IMG/VR virus record: IMGVR_UViG_3300032327_000860
Span: 1 to 46,198 of that record
Strand: one strand, 5' to 3'
Length of the DNA stretch: 46,198 nt
Source of the DNA: a virus
Lineage: Duplodnaviria; Caudoviricetes
This document shows positions 34,687 to 44,468 of this stretch, one piece after another. The position numbers were made by a program, and so were the translations under genes. How positions within the stretch are numbered: position 1 is the first letter of the stretch; every line of letters starts with the position of its first letter. The notes under the pieces were generated by a model. The model did not search any database. It saw nothing but the letters and a program-made list of their open reading frames with translations, and had not been told where the DNA came from.

Positions 34687-35350
34687 AGTCTCAAAAGTTT
34701 TCGAGACATCCCGTGTGCAAAATGCATGAGAGACATAGAACCCGCAGGGCTTGAGGGGTGGTCTCGGAAGCCTCCTAACGTGGGGGGGAGTGGGTCGCAA
34801 TAGCGAGAGGTTGGCCACCATACCGCCTTGTTCTGAGCCAGCGCTAGCGCTCCGCTTTTTGTTCGGTGTGTGCTTCTGTCTCAGAATCCTATGTTACCTG
34901 TATGACCTCTTTGAAAGTCAATAAAATCAAGGGGTTCAGCGTCAAGAGGTCGCCGCTTGCACCGCTGCTCAGATCCCCTACCACTGTGTCTTTCTTTCTG
35001 CCGACTTTCTTTTTCCAGCTAAATTCTTCCAGAGGTCGCAGAGGTCACCCCCTTTCATCGATAGGTAGAGAAAGGGGAAGGAGCGCTCCTAGCTCAATGC
35101 AAAGAGTCCGGCGTTGCGTGGTCTTCGCTTAGCGCTCGACAGGCGCAGCCTTGGGAGAGGTGCTGACCTCTCAGGCCTTCGACGCCCCTCTGCGCGGCGC
35201 GCGCTCTGCCCTGCGATCTATCGACCGCAGCTCCGCTGCGCATCGCACAGCGGAGCGTTCTGCCGCAGCCTGCGCCTGGTCAGGGCACAGCCATAGCCTT
35301 TGGTCAGAGCTCGTCTCCTATCGGCCTGCGTTGCGTCGTGCGAGCATGGC
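34687..35350. other. Non-coding region between replication and packaging modules: candidate origin and cos region
   Basis: No credible ORF; AGAGGTCR repeats, GTCTC/GAGAC repeats, pyrimidine tracts. Confidence 0.5.
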
Positions 35351-35351
35351 T

Positions 35352-37184
35352 CTATACCTTGGGCTTCACGCGTTGCACCGCGTATCGAGCAGGCGTCACG
35401 CCTGGACGATGAAGCCACTTGAAGGGGTCGCCCGCCTTCGTCATGAAATACAGCTCGTGCATCTTTTTCTTCAGCTCGTTGCCCAGAGCTGATCGACTGG
35501 TCGGCGTCAAATACTCCGCCGCCTGGCGATCACGATCCGCTTCATCGCCCGTCGCATGATCATCAAATTCATACTCATCCTTCTCCGCCTTCTTGTCGGC
35601 CTTGTAGCGCCAGCCGCCGTCCTTGCGTTCCGTGGCCTTCACGCTGTCGATGTCCTTTTCCGGCCACAGCTTCGCCTGTACTTCTTCAATGGAATGCCGA
35701 CGAGCCACACCGGCCAACTGCTGCACGGTCACCTCGAAATGCTCCTTCATCGTGCCGTCGTCATTTTTACCAAACTCCTCCATGGCAATTTGGGCCAGCC
35801 GCTTGTAATCGCGCGCGGCCTTATCGCCGATGTTATCGTTTAGGTTTGGGGCCATGCAATCCCACCTCCGGTCAAACGACTTCCCGGCGTGCAGCACCAC
35901 GCCAGGCACAATCTCCGCCCATGACTCAAAGGAGTCCAGTGTCTTCGTGCCCTTCGGTCGGCCAGCCGCATTCCACTCTTTCACCATCGCCCACATGCAC
36001 GCCAGCAGATGCGCGCGATTATTCGGCGCAAGGAAAAACCTCTCACCGATCAGGACCATGTTCGGATCTTTTGGTCGATCCGTCGCAGCCAAGGGGTTCC
36101 ACAAGTCGCACATCAGCGTTCGCCTTTCCAGGTCGGCAGAGAGCTTGATATTGTTGCCGGTCAAGATGGTCACGCCTTGCAGCTTAGGCGCGACCATCAC
36201 GTTGCCCCCGAGCTTCCTGAAGTCCCACTCCGCATTGCTGATCCACTGATCGAGCAACTCCGTCTTCACCTCGTGGCCACCCCAGTCGATGTTGTCGAAA
36301 ATCGTGTAGCACACACCCGCCAGCGCCGCTGAATCTAGCGACGACTGCAGCTTGTCCTCTTTGTCCTTCAGCAAAGGCATCGTCTTTCTTGAGCCAAAGA
36401 CAGCCCATGTCACGCACCAGGCCAGGTTGGTTTTTCCGCTGCTCTGGATGTTCGCGATGTACGCGAAGCCAGGACTCTTTCCCACATACAGCATTCGGCA
36501 GTAGACCGACAGCATCGCCGCGAAGTGAATGGCCATGTCTCGATTCTCCGAGCGCCAGCCGAACGTGTGAAAGATGCGATGCAAATCAGCCACCGCCTCG
36601 TCGAAGTCCATGCTCTCTGAGTAATCCACCTCGCTGTGCGTGTAGATGCCCGTCGCCTCATCGTAGCCATCGGGTAGCAGGCGCACGCCATCGCCTTGGA
36701 AGACGGGCAATCGCACCGGGTGCATCGCCGTGATCTCAGGCACCGCCCTGCGCAGCTCATCACTAGCCAGCAGGCACTCCGCCTTGTCCTTCGTGAGCTG
36801 CCCCTTGATCACCAAAAATTCGCCAGTGTGATTGCCTTGTGGGTCCTTGAGCGGCACCTTCTTTTTGACGAAAATCACACCCCGATTGATCGGCAGCCAT
36901 GACCGAAAGCGCCGTGCCGTCATGGGCGAAAAATCCCCCCTCTCATCATCCCACGCCATCAGCTCATTGTTGCGCCGAAAAAGACCCCACCGTCCATCGC
37001 GTGCGGCCATCATTCGTGCCAGCACAATGGCCATATCATCAGGCGGCATGTCCTCTGGAATCTCCGCCACCTCCATTGCGATCAGCTCATCGGTCGACAT
37101 GCCCAGCGCATCATCCAGCGTGCTCAGCGCACGCGCGAACTGCTTGGCTTTCTCTATGGACTTCGCCTTCGCATCATTCCTCAT
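35352..37184 (-). CDS. P-loop NTPase, primase-associated helicase candidate
   Basis: QSSGKTNL Walker A, IFDN Walker B, LTGNN and DLERR. Confidence 0.75.
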   Translation of the reverse strand: MRNDAKAKSIEKAKQFARALSTLDDALGMSTDELIAMEVAEIPEDMPPDDMAIVLARMMAARDGRWGLFRRNNELMAWDDERGDFSPMTARRFRSWLPINRGVIFVKKKVPLKDPQGNHTGEFLVIKGQLTKDKAECLLASDELRRAVPEITAMHPVRLPVFQGDGVRLLPDGYDEATGIYTHSEVDYSESMDFDEAVADLHRIFHTFGWRSENRDMAIHFAAMLSVYCRMLYVGKSPGFAYIANIQSSGKTNLAWCVTWAVFGSRKTMPLLKDKEDKLQSSLDSAALAGVCYTIFDNIDWGGHEVKTELLDQWISNAEWDFRKLGGNVMVAPKLQGVTILTGNNIKLSADLERRTLMCDLWNPLAATDRPKDPNMVLIGERFFLAPNNRAHLLACMWAMVKEWNAAGRPKGTKTLDSFESWAEIVPGVVLHAGKSFDRRWDCMAPNLNDNIGDKAARDYKRLAQIAMEEFGKNDDGTMKEHFEVTVQQLAGVARRHSIEEVQAKLWPEKDIDSVKATERKDGGWRYKADKKAEKDEYEFDDHATGDEADRDRQAAEYLTPTSRSALGNELKKKMHELYFMTKAGDPFKWLHRPGVTPARYAVQRVKPKV

Positions 37185-38293
37185 TTAGTTGTCGCCTCGT
37201 GATTGTAAATCGGCTGTTCTTGGATCGACTTCATCCCCGCCTCGGGATTGAAATACAGGCACCGCTGCAACGCAGGCCCCGTCGTAAATGGCACAAATTG
37301 CCCCTCTCTTGTCTTCCCCTCGCGCCATGTATTCGCACAGCGCACGTTGACGCACGGGTTGCTCAGCGCCTGCGAGTCGCAGCCGATAGCGGCCATGCGA
37401 TCACGCACTACGCCCACACACGTCAGCCACTCCTCTTCATCTTCAGCATCGATCCGCACCAGCGCATGAATGCTGCGCCCGCCCGACTGGACCATCATCA
37501 CAATCGGGATGCGTAGCCGCACCATCACATTCAGCCACAGCCCTGGGGCTGCCTCATCGCTCTCCAGTAGCATCATGGGGAACCGGGTCAGGCTCTGCTT
37601 CGTGCGTCGGCTCATCTCCGGTGGCGAGTCACTACCTTTCGCCAAATATTTTGGGTGCCAGAGTCCATCGACAGGCTGGATCAGCCAGATCATCCCTTCC
37701 TTTGATCGGTCAGGAATCGACTCGGCCTTCGCAGCTTTGAATCCCTGCTCCTTTGCCAGCCTCCACCACTGCCCCTGCCAGCGCATGTAGTCCCCGCGCG
37801 ACTTCATGCTGCTGAATAGCATCACCTTATCCTCAGGCCGATAGAGCAGGTCGATCATCTGCCCCGGTGCCAGCGCACGCGGGTCATAGGGTGATCGGCA
37901 GCGCAGCCAGGCCGGGTTAATCTCCAGCCCTGGGGCCTGCGCTCGCCTTAGCGCCTGCGGGTCAAACTTCACCGCCTGCTTCCTCTTTGGCACCACATAG
38001 TCAGGCAGATTACCACGCTCCGTATCACCGCTGAGCAAGTGCCCGCGAGGCTTGCTCTGCGCCGTCGACAGCGCCGAGCGCAGCTTGTGCCACAGATCCC
38101 GCTCCGGCCAAGGCGGCAGGCATAAGTTGTTAAACTCCTGCATCAGCGGATACGCCTCCTCAGGATTCAACCCAAAGCCCCAGACCAAAGCCGACGCCAC
38201 ACGAAAGGTCGACGCGTGCCCACCCTGCCCACTGATCGCAGGCGGACACTTGGCCATCAGTAGGCGCGCACGTTCGACGATGGTCATGATCAC
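37181..38293 (-). CDS. Primase (PriCT-like N-domain plus RepB/AEP-like catalytic domain)
   Basis: PAISGQGGH..TFRVA and CLPPW..L; LLESD and SGGRSIHALVRI. Confidence 0.8.
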   Translation of the reverse strand: MIMTIVERARLLMAKCPPAISGQGGHASTFRVASALVWGFGLNPEEAYPLMQEFNNLCLPPWPERDLWHKLRSALSTAQSKPRGHLLSGDTERGNLPDYVVPKRKQAVKFDPQALRRAQAPGLEINPAWLRCRSPYDPRALAPGQMIDLLYRPEDKVMLFSSMKSRGDYMRWQGQWWRLAKEQGFKAAKAESIPDRSKEGMIWLIQPVDGLWHPKYLAKGSDSPPEMSRRTKQSLTRFPMMLLESDEAAPGLWLNVMVRLRIPIVMMVQSGGRSIHALVRIDAEDEEEWLTCVGVVRDRMAAIGCDSQALSNPCVNVRCANTWREGKTREGQFVPFTTGPALQRCLYFNPEAGMKSIQEQPIYNHEATTK

Positions 38294-38326
38294 GTTATTC
38301 CCTTTTTTGTTTCGCGGTTGTCTGTA

Positions 38327-40219
38327 TCACTTTGCCTTGGCAAGATGCGCCTCTCTCAGGGCCTTCCAGCCTCTACGTTTGTGCCAGTTCTTCACGCTCT
38401 CGACGTCCAGCCCACAAGCCTCTGCCGCCTTCGCGATGCTGCCAGTATCGAGGTAGGTGCTGAGCGCGATTTTCTCTGCCTCGACATTCTTCTCGCGCTT
38501 GCCCCCGCGCTGTTTGGGTTGCGTCTCGGGTTCCGGCGTCGTCGACTCTGGTGCCTCGTCATTTGCCCCATCCAAGTTCCCACTTTCCAGTTCGGGCGGC
38601 TCGGGGTATTCACTGCCCTCGATAGGCTTCAGACTCTCCTCCTTTGTCCCAGCCTTCGCCACCAGCGCAGCGATGTCGCGGGCCTCGCGCTTCGCGTCGT
38701 ATCCGATCAGTGTGGCCAGTTCTCCCGCGATCCCCGGCACACTGCCCGGCCCCTGCAGGCGCAGCGTGCGTGCGACCAGGGCGAGGCCGAGGATGTCCAA
38801 AAGGTTGCTGGCGATGCTCTTTGCCTCTGCGAACACATCCTTCACGCCCAGCACCTTGGCCATCCATTCACGGTCTGCTGTCTCCGTCAGCCGCTCATAA
38901 ATGAGCCGCGCAATCCAGTCATGCTTGCAAGTCGGCTCAGCGCATTCGCAGATCTTTGTCACCCAGCTCTGCCCAGCGACCAGGATGCCTGTCGCCTTTG
39001 CCTTGTCCTTCGCCGCCTGTGCCTCGTCCACGGTCTTCACCATGGGCGTCACACCTTTGAGCGCGCCACTAGTTTTGAATAGAGCACGCACAGCGGACTC
39101 CGGCCCTGTGACCGCCTGCAAAGCCAGCCTCGCGTCGTAGAGCGTGCGGACGCGCCCTTTGCCGTCCACGATCTTCCTGCACTCCAGTCCCGACTCCTGC
39201 AGCATCGCCCCCCACTTATCCGTCTTCGCCTTCGGATCGACGAGCAGGATCTTGTCCGGCATCTCATCAGCGGCCACATAGCCGCTATCACCTTTGATCG
39301 TGACACCATCGAAGCTGAAGATCTTCGCGGCCACGTCCTGACTCAGCATTGGCACCCCATCGCCATCGTCCGAGTGGGAGACAGCCTGCGTCACATGTGC
39401 CCGTTGCTTGAGGTCAAAGCACGCCGGATTGAGGCACGTGCGCGTTTTCGCCTTGCCCACGACATCCGCCCGATTGCCACCCCAAAATTCACACGCATGA
39501 CAGGCAGGCTTCCCCGGCACGAGCTTGTCGTCATCCTGGGAGAACTGGCCATTATTTAAGTCGCGTCGCACTTCCTCGGAAATAAACTCCCGTGCCTCCA
39601 CGACCGTCATCGGCTTCTCTCGGTAGACGATCTCGGTCTCTAGCCACTCGTGCATATCCTGTGACTGCGCGCCGATCATGGCCGCAATCTCCAGCGGCGT
39701 CTTCCGCTGGTGCACCCGCAACTGCACACGCTGCGAGCATTTGAGCACTGCCTCACAGCGAGTGATGAATGACGCATCCTTCCCGATCTCTTCTGCCAGT
39801 CGAGCCTTGGTGTAGATCGGCATGCCTAGCTCATCCTGCTCCGCCAGCATCTCATGCACGGCACGCGCAATCTCCATCGGTGTCAGGTCCTCGCGCTGCA
39901 TATTTTCCTTCAGCGCCAGCTTGCGCGCCACCGCTGCCGAGGATGGCTTGGGGCGCACCACGATCTCGACCGTCTCCAGTCCCGCGATGCTCGATGCACG
40001 CCAGCGGCGCTCGCCCGCGATCAGCCCATACATACCGTCAGAATCATCGTAGTAGACCACCAGCGGCTGAATGGAGCCACCATCATCCTTCAGCGATTGC
40101 GCCAGTTCAATGAGCAGCCCTTCATCAAACTCCGTCCGTGGATTGATCCCCGGCTTGATCTGAGTCAATGCCACGCGTGGCAGTTGGTGGGGCAGGGGCG
40201 GTTGTATGGTGTCAGTCAT
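38327..40219 (-). CDS. ParB/RepB/Spo0J family protein with C-terminal HTH
   Basis: NPR, IAGERRWRA and ENMQREDL motifs; CxxC..C..C; C-terminal GSIAKAAEACGL..VKNW. Confidence 0.88.
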   Translation of the reverse strand: MTDTIQPPLPHQLPRVALTQIKPGINPRTEFDEGLLIELAQSLKDDGGSIQPLVVYYDDSDGMYGLIAGERRWRASSIAGLETVEIVVRPKPSSAAVARKLALKENMQREDLTPMEIARAVHEMLAEQDELGMPIYTKARLAEEIGKDASFITRCEAVLKCSQRVQLRVHQRKTPLEIAAMIGAQSQDMHEWLETEIVYREKPMTVVEAREFISEEVRRDLNNGQFSQDDDKLVPGKPACHACEFWGGNRADVVGKAKTRTCLNPACFDLKQRAHVTQAVSHSDDGDGVPMLSQDVAAKIFSFDGVTIKGDSGYVAADEMPDKILLVDPKAKTDKWGAMLQESGLECRKIVDGKGRVRTLYDARLALQAVTGPESAVRALFKTSGALKGVTPMVKTVDEAQAAKDKAKATGILVAGQSWVTKICECAEPTCKHDWIARLIYERLTETADREWMAKVLGVKDVFAEAKSIASNLLDILGLALVARTLRLQGPGSVPGIAGELATLIGYDAKREARDIAALVAKAGTKEESLKPIEGSEYPEPPELESGNLDGANDEAPESTTPEPETQPKQRGGKREKNVEAEKIALSTYLDTGSIAKAAEACGLDVESVKNWHKRRGWKALREAHLAKAK

Positions 40220-40964
40220 CGTCGTGGTCGTTGTACGGATTGCTCTTCTCCAAATCAATTTCCTCAGGCTTGCAGCCCACTAGCTCGGCAATGCGACGGC
40301 GCTCGGCAGCATCGCGCGCGGCCTTCACGCGGGCCTTGTCTTGTTGGGCCTTCTCCTTCGCGGCCTTGTCCTCCGCGCCATCGTCCAGGCTGGCGGCGTC
40401 CAGTTGACCGCGTGGGCGATGCTTCTCCGCATTCGCCGCATACTTGGCTTTTGAGGCCACACTCTTCATGCCCCGGCTCAGCATCATCACGCCCGTCTTC
40501 CGGTGCACCTCGCGCGAAAACAGGCGCTTCATCCGCGCTGAGAATGCCGCCTTTCCTTCTCCCACCAGCTCTGCCAGCGTGGTCATGTTCAGCGGGCCGA
40601 TGAATTCCTGATAGCGAGCGAAGAGCAGTTGGTAAATCCGTTTAACAACCGTCAACGGATGCAGCCCATCACCAATGATCCACATGACGATCCGCCGCCG
40701 CGCCCACTCGGCCACAGCATCGGCCTCCTCTTTTTTCAGCGACAAAAGCTCTAGCCGCTCGCTCTCCACCGCCAGCTCCGGCCAGGCGTAGCCGTGCTCG
40801 GCGCTCTGCTGATTGTCCAGAGCATCCGCTTCGTACTCCTCCGCCAGCAGCACGTCCAGCGGCGTCATATCCGTGGCTGCACTCCACCCGCCATCGACAT
40901 AGGCGCGGCGAAACACGCCCTGAATGCGCTTTTCGTGCTCGCTAAAGGTGACGCGTCTAGTCAT
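40212..40964 (-). CDS. HTH-containing protein (sigma region-4-like), candidate late regulator
   Basis: PLNMTTLAELVGEGKAAFSARMKRL; function is inference. Confidence 0.55.
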   Translation of the reverse strand: MTRRVTFSEHEKRIQGVFRRAYVDGGWSAATDMTPLDVLLAEEYEADALDNQQSAEHGYAWPELAVESERLELLSLKKEEADAVAEWARRRIVMWIIGDGLHPLTVVKRIYQLLFARYQEFIGPLNMTTLAELVGEGKAAFSARMKRLFSREVHRKTGVMMLSRGMKSVASKAKYAANAEKHRPRGQLDAASLDDGAEDKAAKEKAQQDKARVKAARDAAERRRIAELVGCKPEEIDLEKSNPYNDHDDD

Positions 40965-41277
40965 CGTGTGTGCCCTCCACGGTCTGCGGTTCTACCTCAC
41001 CCATTGCTTTCAGTGCCCAATCAATGGCCTTCTCTCGCAGCCTCATCTCGTGTCTCAGAGTCACCTGGAGATTCGCGTGCATCGCTGCAATGGTCACTCG
41101 CTTGGGTACCATCGCATCCACTGCCGCAGTGTATGTCCCATAGTCGTCGCGACTGATCGCTGTGTGCGCGTCTTGCCATAGCGATAGCATGCGCTGGACC
41201 TCGGCAAGTAGCTTCTGTTTGCGCTCCTTTGCGACGCGGCACACGGCATTCAGCTCAGTATTTAGGTCGACGATCAT
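40957..41277 (-). CDS. Hypothetical protein
   Basis: Overlapping stop/start chain in the early operon. Confidence 0.6.
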   Translation of the reverse strand: MIVDLNTELNAVCRVAKERKQKLLAEVQRMLSLWQDAHTAISRDDYGTYTAAVDAMVPKRVTIAAMHANLQVTLRHEMRLREKAIDWALKAMGEVEPQTVEGTHDD

Positions 41278-42161
41278 GGTGGTGTCTGTTGTTTGGTTGA
41301 TAGAGAGTTTGTTGGCTTCATCGCTGCCCGGCGTTCACGCATCCGGGCAGCGCGGCTCGTCGTCAGCGTGTCGCAAGCGGCGTGCACAGACCCGCTCTCG
41401 ACCACTTGGCGAATGCGTTCCAGCTGCGCCTCGGTGACCTTCTTGGGCAGATAGTTGCCGCCCACGGTCGTCGGCTTCACCAGATACGCGGCCTCGCTGC
41501 TCACCCGTGCCAGCTTGCGCAGGTGCAGCCAAAATCCATAAGGGATGCACTGCGTCGCCATCCAGGCGCGCGCGGCTATCACCTGCTCGTCGCTCGCGTT
41601 TGGGCTCTGCTTTTTCTTCCCCACCTTCTGAAAGACGAAGCTCTCGATGCTGGCCAGAATCTGCGGCACCACCTGCTCCACCTTGGCCCAAGTCTTCGGC
41701 GTGGTGGCGATGCTGCCTGTGAGCCATCCGTTAAATTGCGCCCAATCCCATTTCATCGCGCCTCGTAGTCGGCGCATGAATCCGCGCGTCTCCCTAGCTC
41801 CTGCCACCAGTGCACGGATGCGTTGTTGCTCCTCGGTGGGCACCGGTGGCAGCTTGCGCGGGGCAGGGGATGCCACCGCACGGCGGGGGCGGTCTACGAT
41901 CACCACCTCGGCCCGTGGCTCCATCTTGATCGGCTCTTGATATTCCTCGCCAAAGAAGCGACGGCGCGTCTCGCGGTTGATCGCGTCCAGCTCCTCAGCC
42001 TCCTTGATCATCTGCTTCTCCAGCTTGCTGCCTGGAGTGACTACCGGGAAGCCGTTGATGATCTTCCCCCCATCGCCACCCATACCGCCAACCTTGCGAG
42101 TGGCGATACCCATGGCCTGATTGTCCAAATGGTTTAATGCTTGTGCAATGGCTGCGCTCAT
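41274..42161 (-). CDS. Hypothetical basic protein
   Basis: 295 aa in the early operon. Confidence 0.65.
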   Translation of the reverse strand: MSAAIAQALNHLDNQAMGIATRKVGGMGGDGGKIINGFPVVTPGSKLEKQMIKEAEELDAINRETRRRFFGEEYQEPIKMEPRAEVVIVDRPRRAVASPAPRKLPPVPTEEQQRIRALVAGARETRGFMRRLRGAMKWDWAQFNGWLTGSIATTPKTWAKVEQVVPQILASIESFVFQKVGKKKQSPNASDEQVIAARAWMATQCIPYGFWLHLRKLARVSSEAAYLVKPTTVGGNYLPKKVTEAQLERIRQVVESGSVHAACDTLTTSRAARMRERRAAMKPTNSLSTKQQTPP

Positions 42162-42196
42162 AGCTCGGTTGTCTGTGATTCACTTGTTCGGGCTAT

Positions 42197-43042
42197 TCAT
42201 AACGAGCACACGCGACACGCGCCTCCCGTCATGGTTCCGCGAGAGAATAGTTCCGGCTGCCGCTCGCTTTTCGCTATCCTGCCGGACTCAAAGGCTTGGC
42301 GCAGTTCGCGCATTGATGTCGGCCACGTGTCACGCCCTGGAGTTCGGAACGTCCCTCCGATTTCTTCCTCCATGGCCTCGCCTCTCGCCCAGCGGTCACT
42401 GTGGTTTTTCCAGAGCCTCCACCATTCACCGATTTGCTGATGATAGCATACGTCGCAGTCTGTGCGCTCAGGGATGCGTTCCGCCAGTCCGTGGCTTTGC
42501 AGGCACTTCCACACTTCATTCACGCCCCATCCCCATTCACGGAAAGGGTGATGGTTGACGATGCCGATGTCATCGAAGATCCCGCCAAGGCGGGTTTCCT
42601 CATCCGCCCTCAGTCCAACGTAGTGATGCACTTCGCCTTGTCCCGCCAGTGCTGCCATCATCTTCCGCGCTGGCTCGATTTTGATTTGACGCGTGCAGAA
42701 CCTCGCCCGGAAATTTGGGAGCATCTTGTTGTTTCGGATGCACTCGCCGAGGCTCGTGTGCATCACGGGGATGATCTTCGAGCCGAGTCTTTGGCCAAGC
42801 TCTTGCCACCAGTCGAACATTTCCGGCAGTTCCCAGCCTGTCGGCGTGATGTAGTAGCGGAACGCGATTTCTGGATGGCGTTCGCGCAGCTCAAGAGCGA
42901 GCGCAGTGGAATCCTTGCCCCCGCTCAACGCCACAAGGTGAAACGGCGCAAGCCCGAACAAAGCGCTGCTGCCAATGACTGCCGCGTGGGAGTCATTAGC
43001 GATGGCGGAGCTGGAGGGCGCGGCATTCATGGCAGAGCTCAT
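42197..43042 (-). CDS. PAPS reductase family (PP-loop) protein
   Basis: ALSGGKDS PP-loop, RFCT..IKIEP, GLRADE and CDVC; start at ATGA overlap 43042. Confidence 0.88.
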   Translation of the reverse strand: MSSAMNAAPSSSAIANDSHAAVIGSSALFGLAPFHLVALSGGKDSTALALELRERHPEIAFRYYITPTGWELPEMFDWWQELGQRLGSKIIPVMHTSLGECIRNNKMLPNFRARFCTRQIKIEPARKMMAALAGQGEVHHYVGLRADEETRLGGIFDDIGIVNHHPFREWGWGVNEVWKCLQSHGLAERIPERTDCDVCYHQQIGEWWRLWKNHSDRWARGEAMEEEIGGTFRTPGRDTWPTSMRELRQAFESGRIAKSERQPELFSRGTMTGGACRVCSL

Positions 43043-43368
43043 TGGTTCTCCAAAATCAGTTGTTGTGTCTTCCGTGCTTGCCACAGCGTGGCCAGTGCCC
43101 AGCCCGCACGCTGCGCTGAGTCGCTGTCGTCACGGCTCAGCAGTCCTTCGATGATCACATCAATGATCAGCGGAGCGTCCTTCATGCGCTCCGCATCTGC
43201 CGAGCGATGCCAATCTTGCATTGCCCTCTCAATCGACTGCTCCCATGCGTCGAATTCCCGTCTCTGCTCTGCCGTCAGATAGCCCGTGGGGATAGTTGCC
43301 ACCTGGGGCGGATGCGTCATCAGCATCGCCAGCGTTAGCCACAATATGACCTGGTCGTTCGGCTTCAT
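43039..43368 (-). CDS. Hypothetical protein
   Basis: Start MKPNDQ at an ATGA overlap. Confidence 0.55.
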   Translation of the reverse strand: MKPNDQVILWLTLAMLMTHPPQVATIPTGYLTAEQRREFDAWEQSIERAMQDWHRSADAERMKDAPLIIDVIIEGLLSRDDSDSAQRAGWALATLWQARKTQQLILENQ

Positions 43369-43631
43369 CGGAAGGTCGCGCCTCCCATCGCTTGTGCCGC
43401 TGCGCGGCTCAGCCCCACGGCCATCAGGCAGGCCACCTTGTCCTCGATGAGCACCACATTGGCGCGGGCGAAGTGCCCACCGGCAGAGTTGCGATTGAGT
43501 CGGCCTGCGGCCTGCGAGCGCTGCAAGGCAGCGATGACTCGCGGCCACTGGCACTGTGCCCTCTCTACCGAGCCGGGTGCGCCAACTGGCTGCACTCGCT
43601 CATTGCGATCATTCCAGATCATAGCCTTCAC
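43365..43631 (-). CDS. Hypothetical protein
   Basis: GTGA/ATGA overlaps on both sides. Confidence 0.55.
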   Translation of the reverse strand: MKAMIWNDRNERVQPVGAPGSVERAQCQWPRVIAALQRSQAAGRLNRNSAGGHFARANVVLIEDKVACLMAVGLSRAAAQAMGGATFR

Positions 43632-43924
43632 TTGGCCCCCCCTTTTTTTGCTGGCATCGGGTACTCGTGTTGGGCGATCCGCTCCGACACGCGATAGACG
43701 TCTGAAGTTGCGAAAAATAGCGTGTCGCCTCTGCCTCGACCACTCTGTGATCGGGCTGCAGGCTTGCGTGCGCAGGGTGTCAGCCAGCCTGCTTGGCAGG
43801 CATCGTCGAGCAGCACGCGCCCGCCCAGATATTCCATCGCCTGCTCGCGGGTCATGTGAGCAGGCTCCCGCGTGAATAGGCCTAGCACCTGCGCGGTCTT
43901 GCGTGGCATGGTCCGCACACTCAT
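43628..43924 (-). CDS. Excisionase-like (MerR-type HTH) protein
   Basis: MTREQAMEYLGGRVLL..GWLTP..TLFFATSDV. Confidence 0.6.
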   Translation of the reverse strand: MSVRTMPRKTAQVLGLFTREPAHMTREQAMEYLGGRVLLDDACQAGWLTPCARKPAARSQSGRGRGDTLFFATSDVYRVSERIAQHEYPMPAKKGGAK

Positions 43925-44136
43925 CGTAGGCTCAGCGCCTCCCCGCTGCTGCACGCTGCCGTCACTGGGCGCTCCTCGCACCATAGGCTGAGGTGGCTCA
44001 CCAGCGTGCTGCCGTTTTTCTGCGCCACCTCTATGAGGGCCAGATTGCAAGCCACAATCGCAGACGCAGCGTGCACATCGGCCTTGTAAAGGGGGCGGCT
44101 CTCCCGATCTCGGATGCTTATGCTGTAGGTCTTCAT
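43921..44136 (-). CDS. Hypothetical protein
   Basis: ATGA-coupled. Confidence 0.55.
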   Translation of the reverse strand: MKTYSISIRDRESRPLYKADVHAASAIVACNLALIEVAQKNGSTLVSHLSLWCEERPVTAACSSGEALSLR

Positions 44137-44468
44137 GCGCTCAGTCCCTCCCCATCCACATTGGTTTTCTCGGCCATCTCGTATGCCATCTTCGCCGCCA
44201 GGGCCTCGACCATGGCCACGCCCTGCTCGGTGAGCCGCACGGTGACCTTCCTCCGATCACCCTTGATCATCGCATCCCTCGCGGCCAGACCTGCCACGTC
44301 CAGCGTATCGACGATGCCCGTCATGTTAGGCGGCGAGCAGTCGCACTCCGCCGCTAGCTCGCTCATAGGCATGTCCTTGCGGCTGTATAGCAGCGCTAGC
44401 ACCAGGAGTGCCCGTTGGCTCAGGCCCTGGGCTATGCCGAGGCGCAGAGCATTGATGAGGGATCTCAT
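44133..44468 (-). CDS. MarR-family winged-helix regulator
   Basis: MSELAA..CSPPNMTGIVDTL..GL..DRRKVTVRLTEQG. Confidence 0.9.
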   Translation of the reverse strand: MRSLINALRLGIAQGLSQRALLVLALLYSRKDMPMSELAAECDCSPPNMTGIVDTLDVAGLAARDAMIKGDRRKVTVRLTEQGVAMVEALAAKMAYEMAEKTNVDGEGLSA

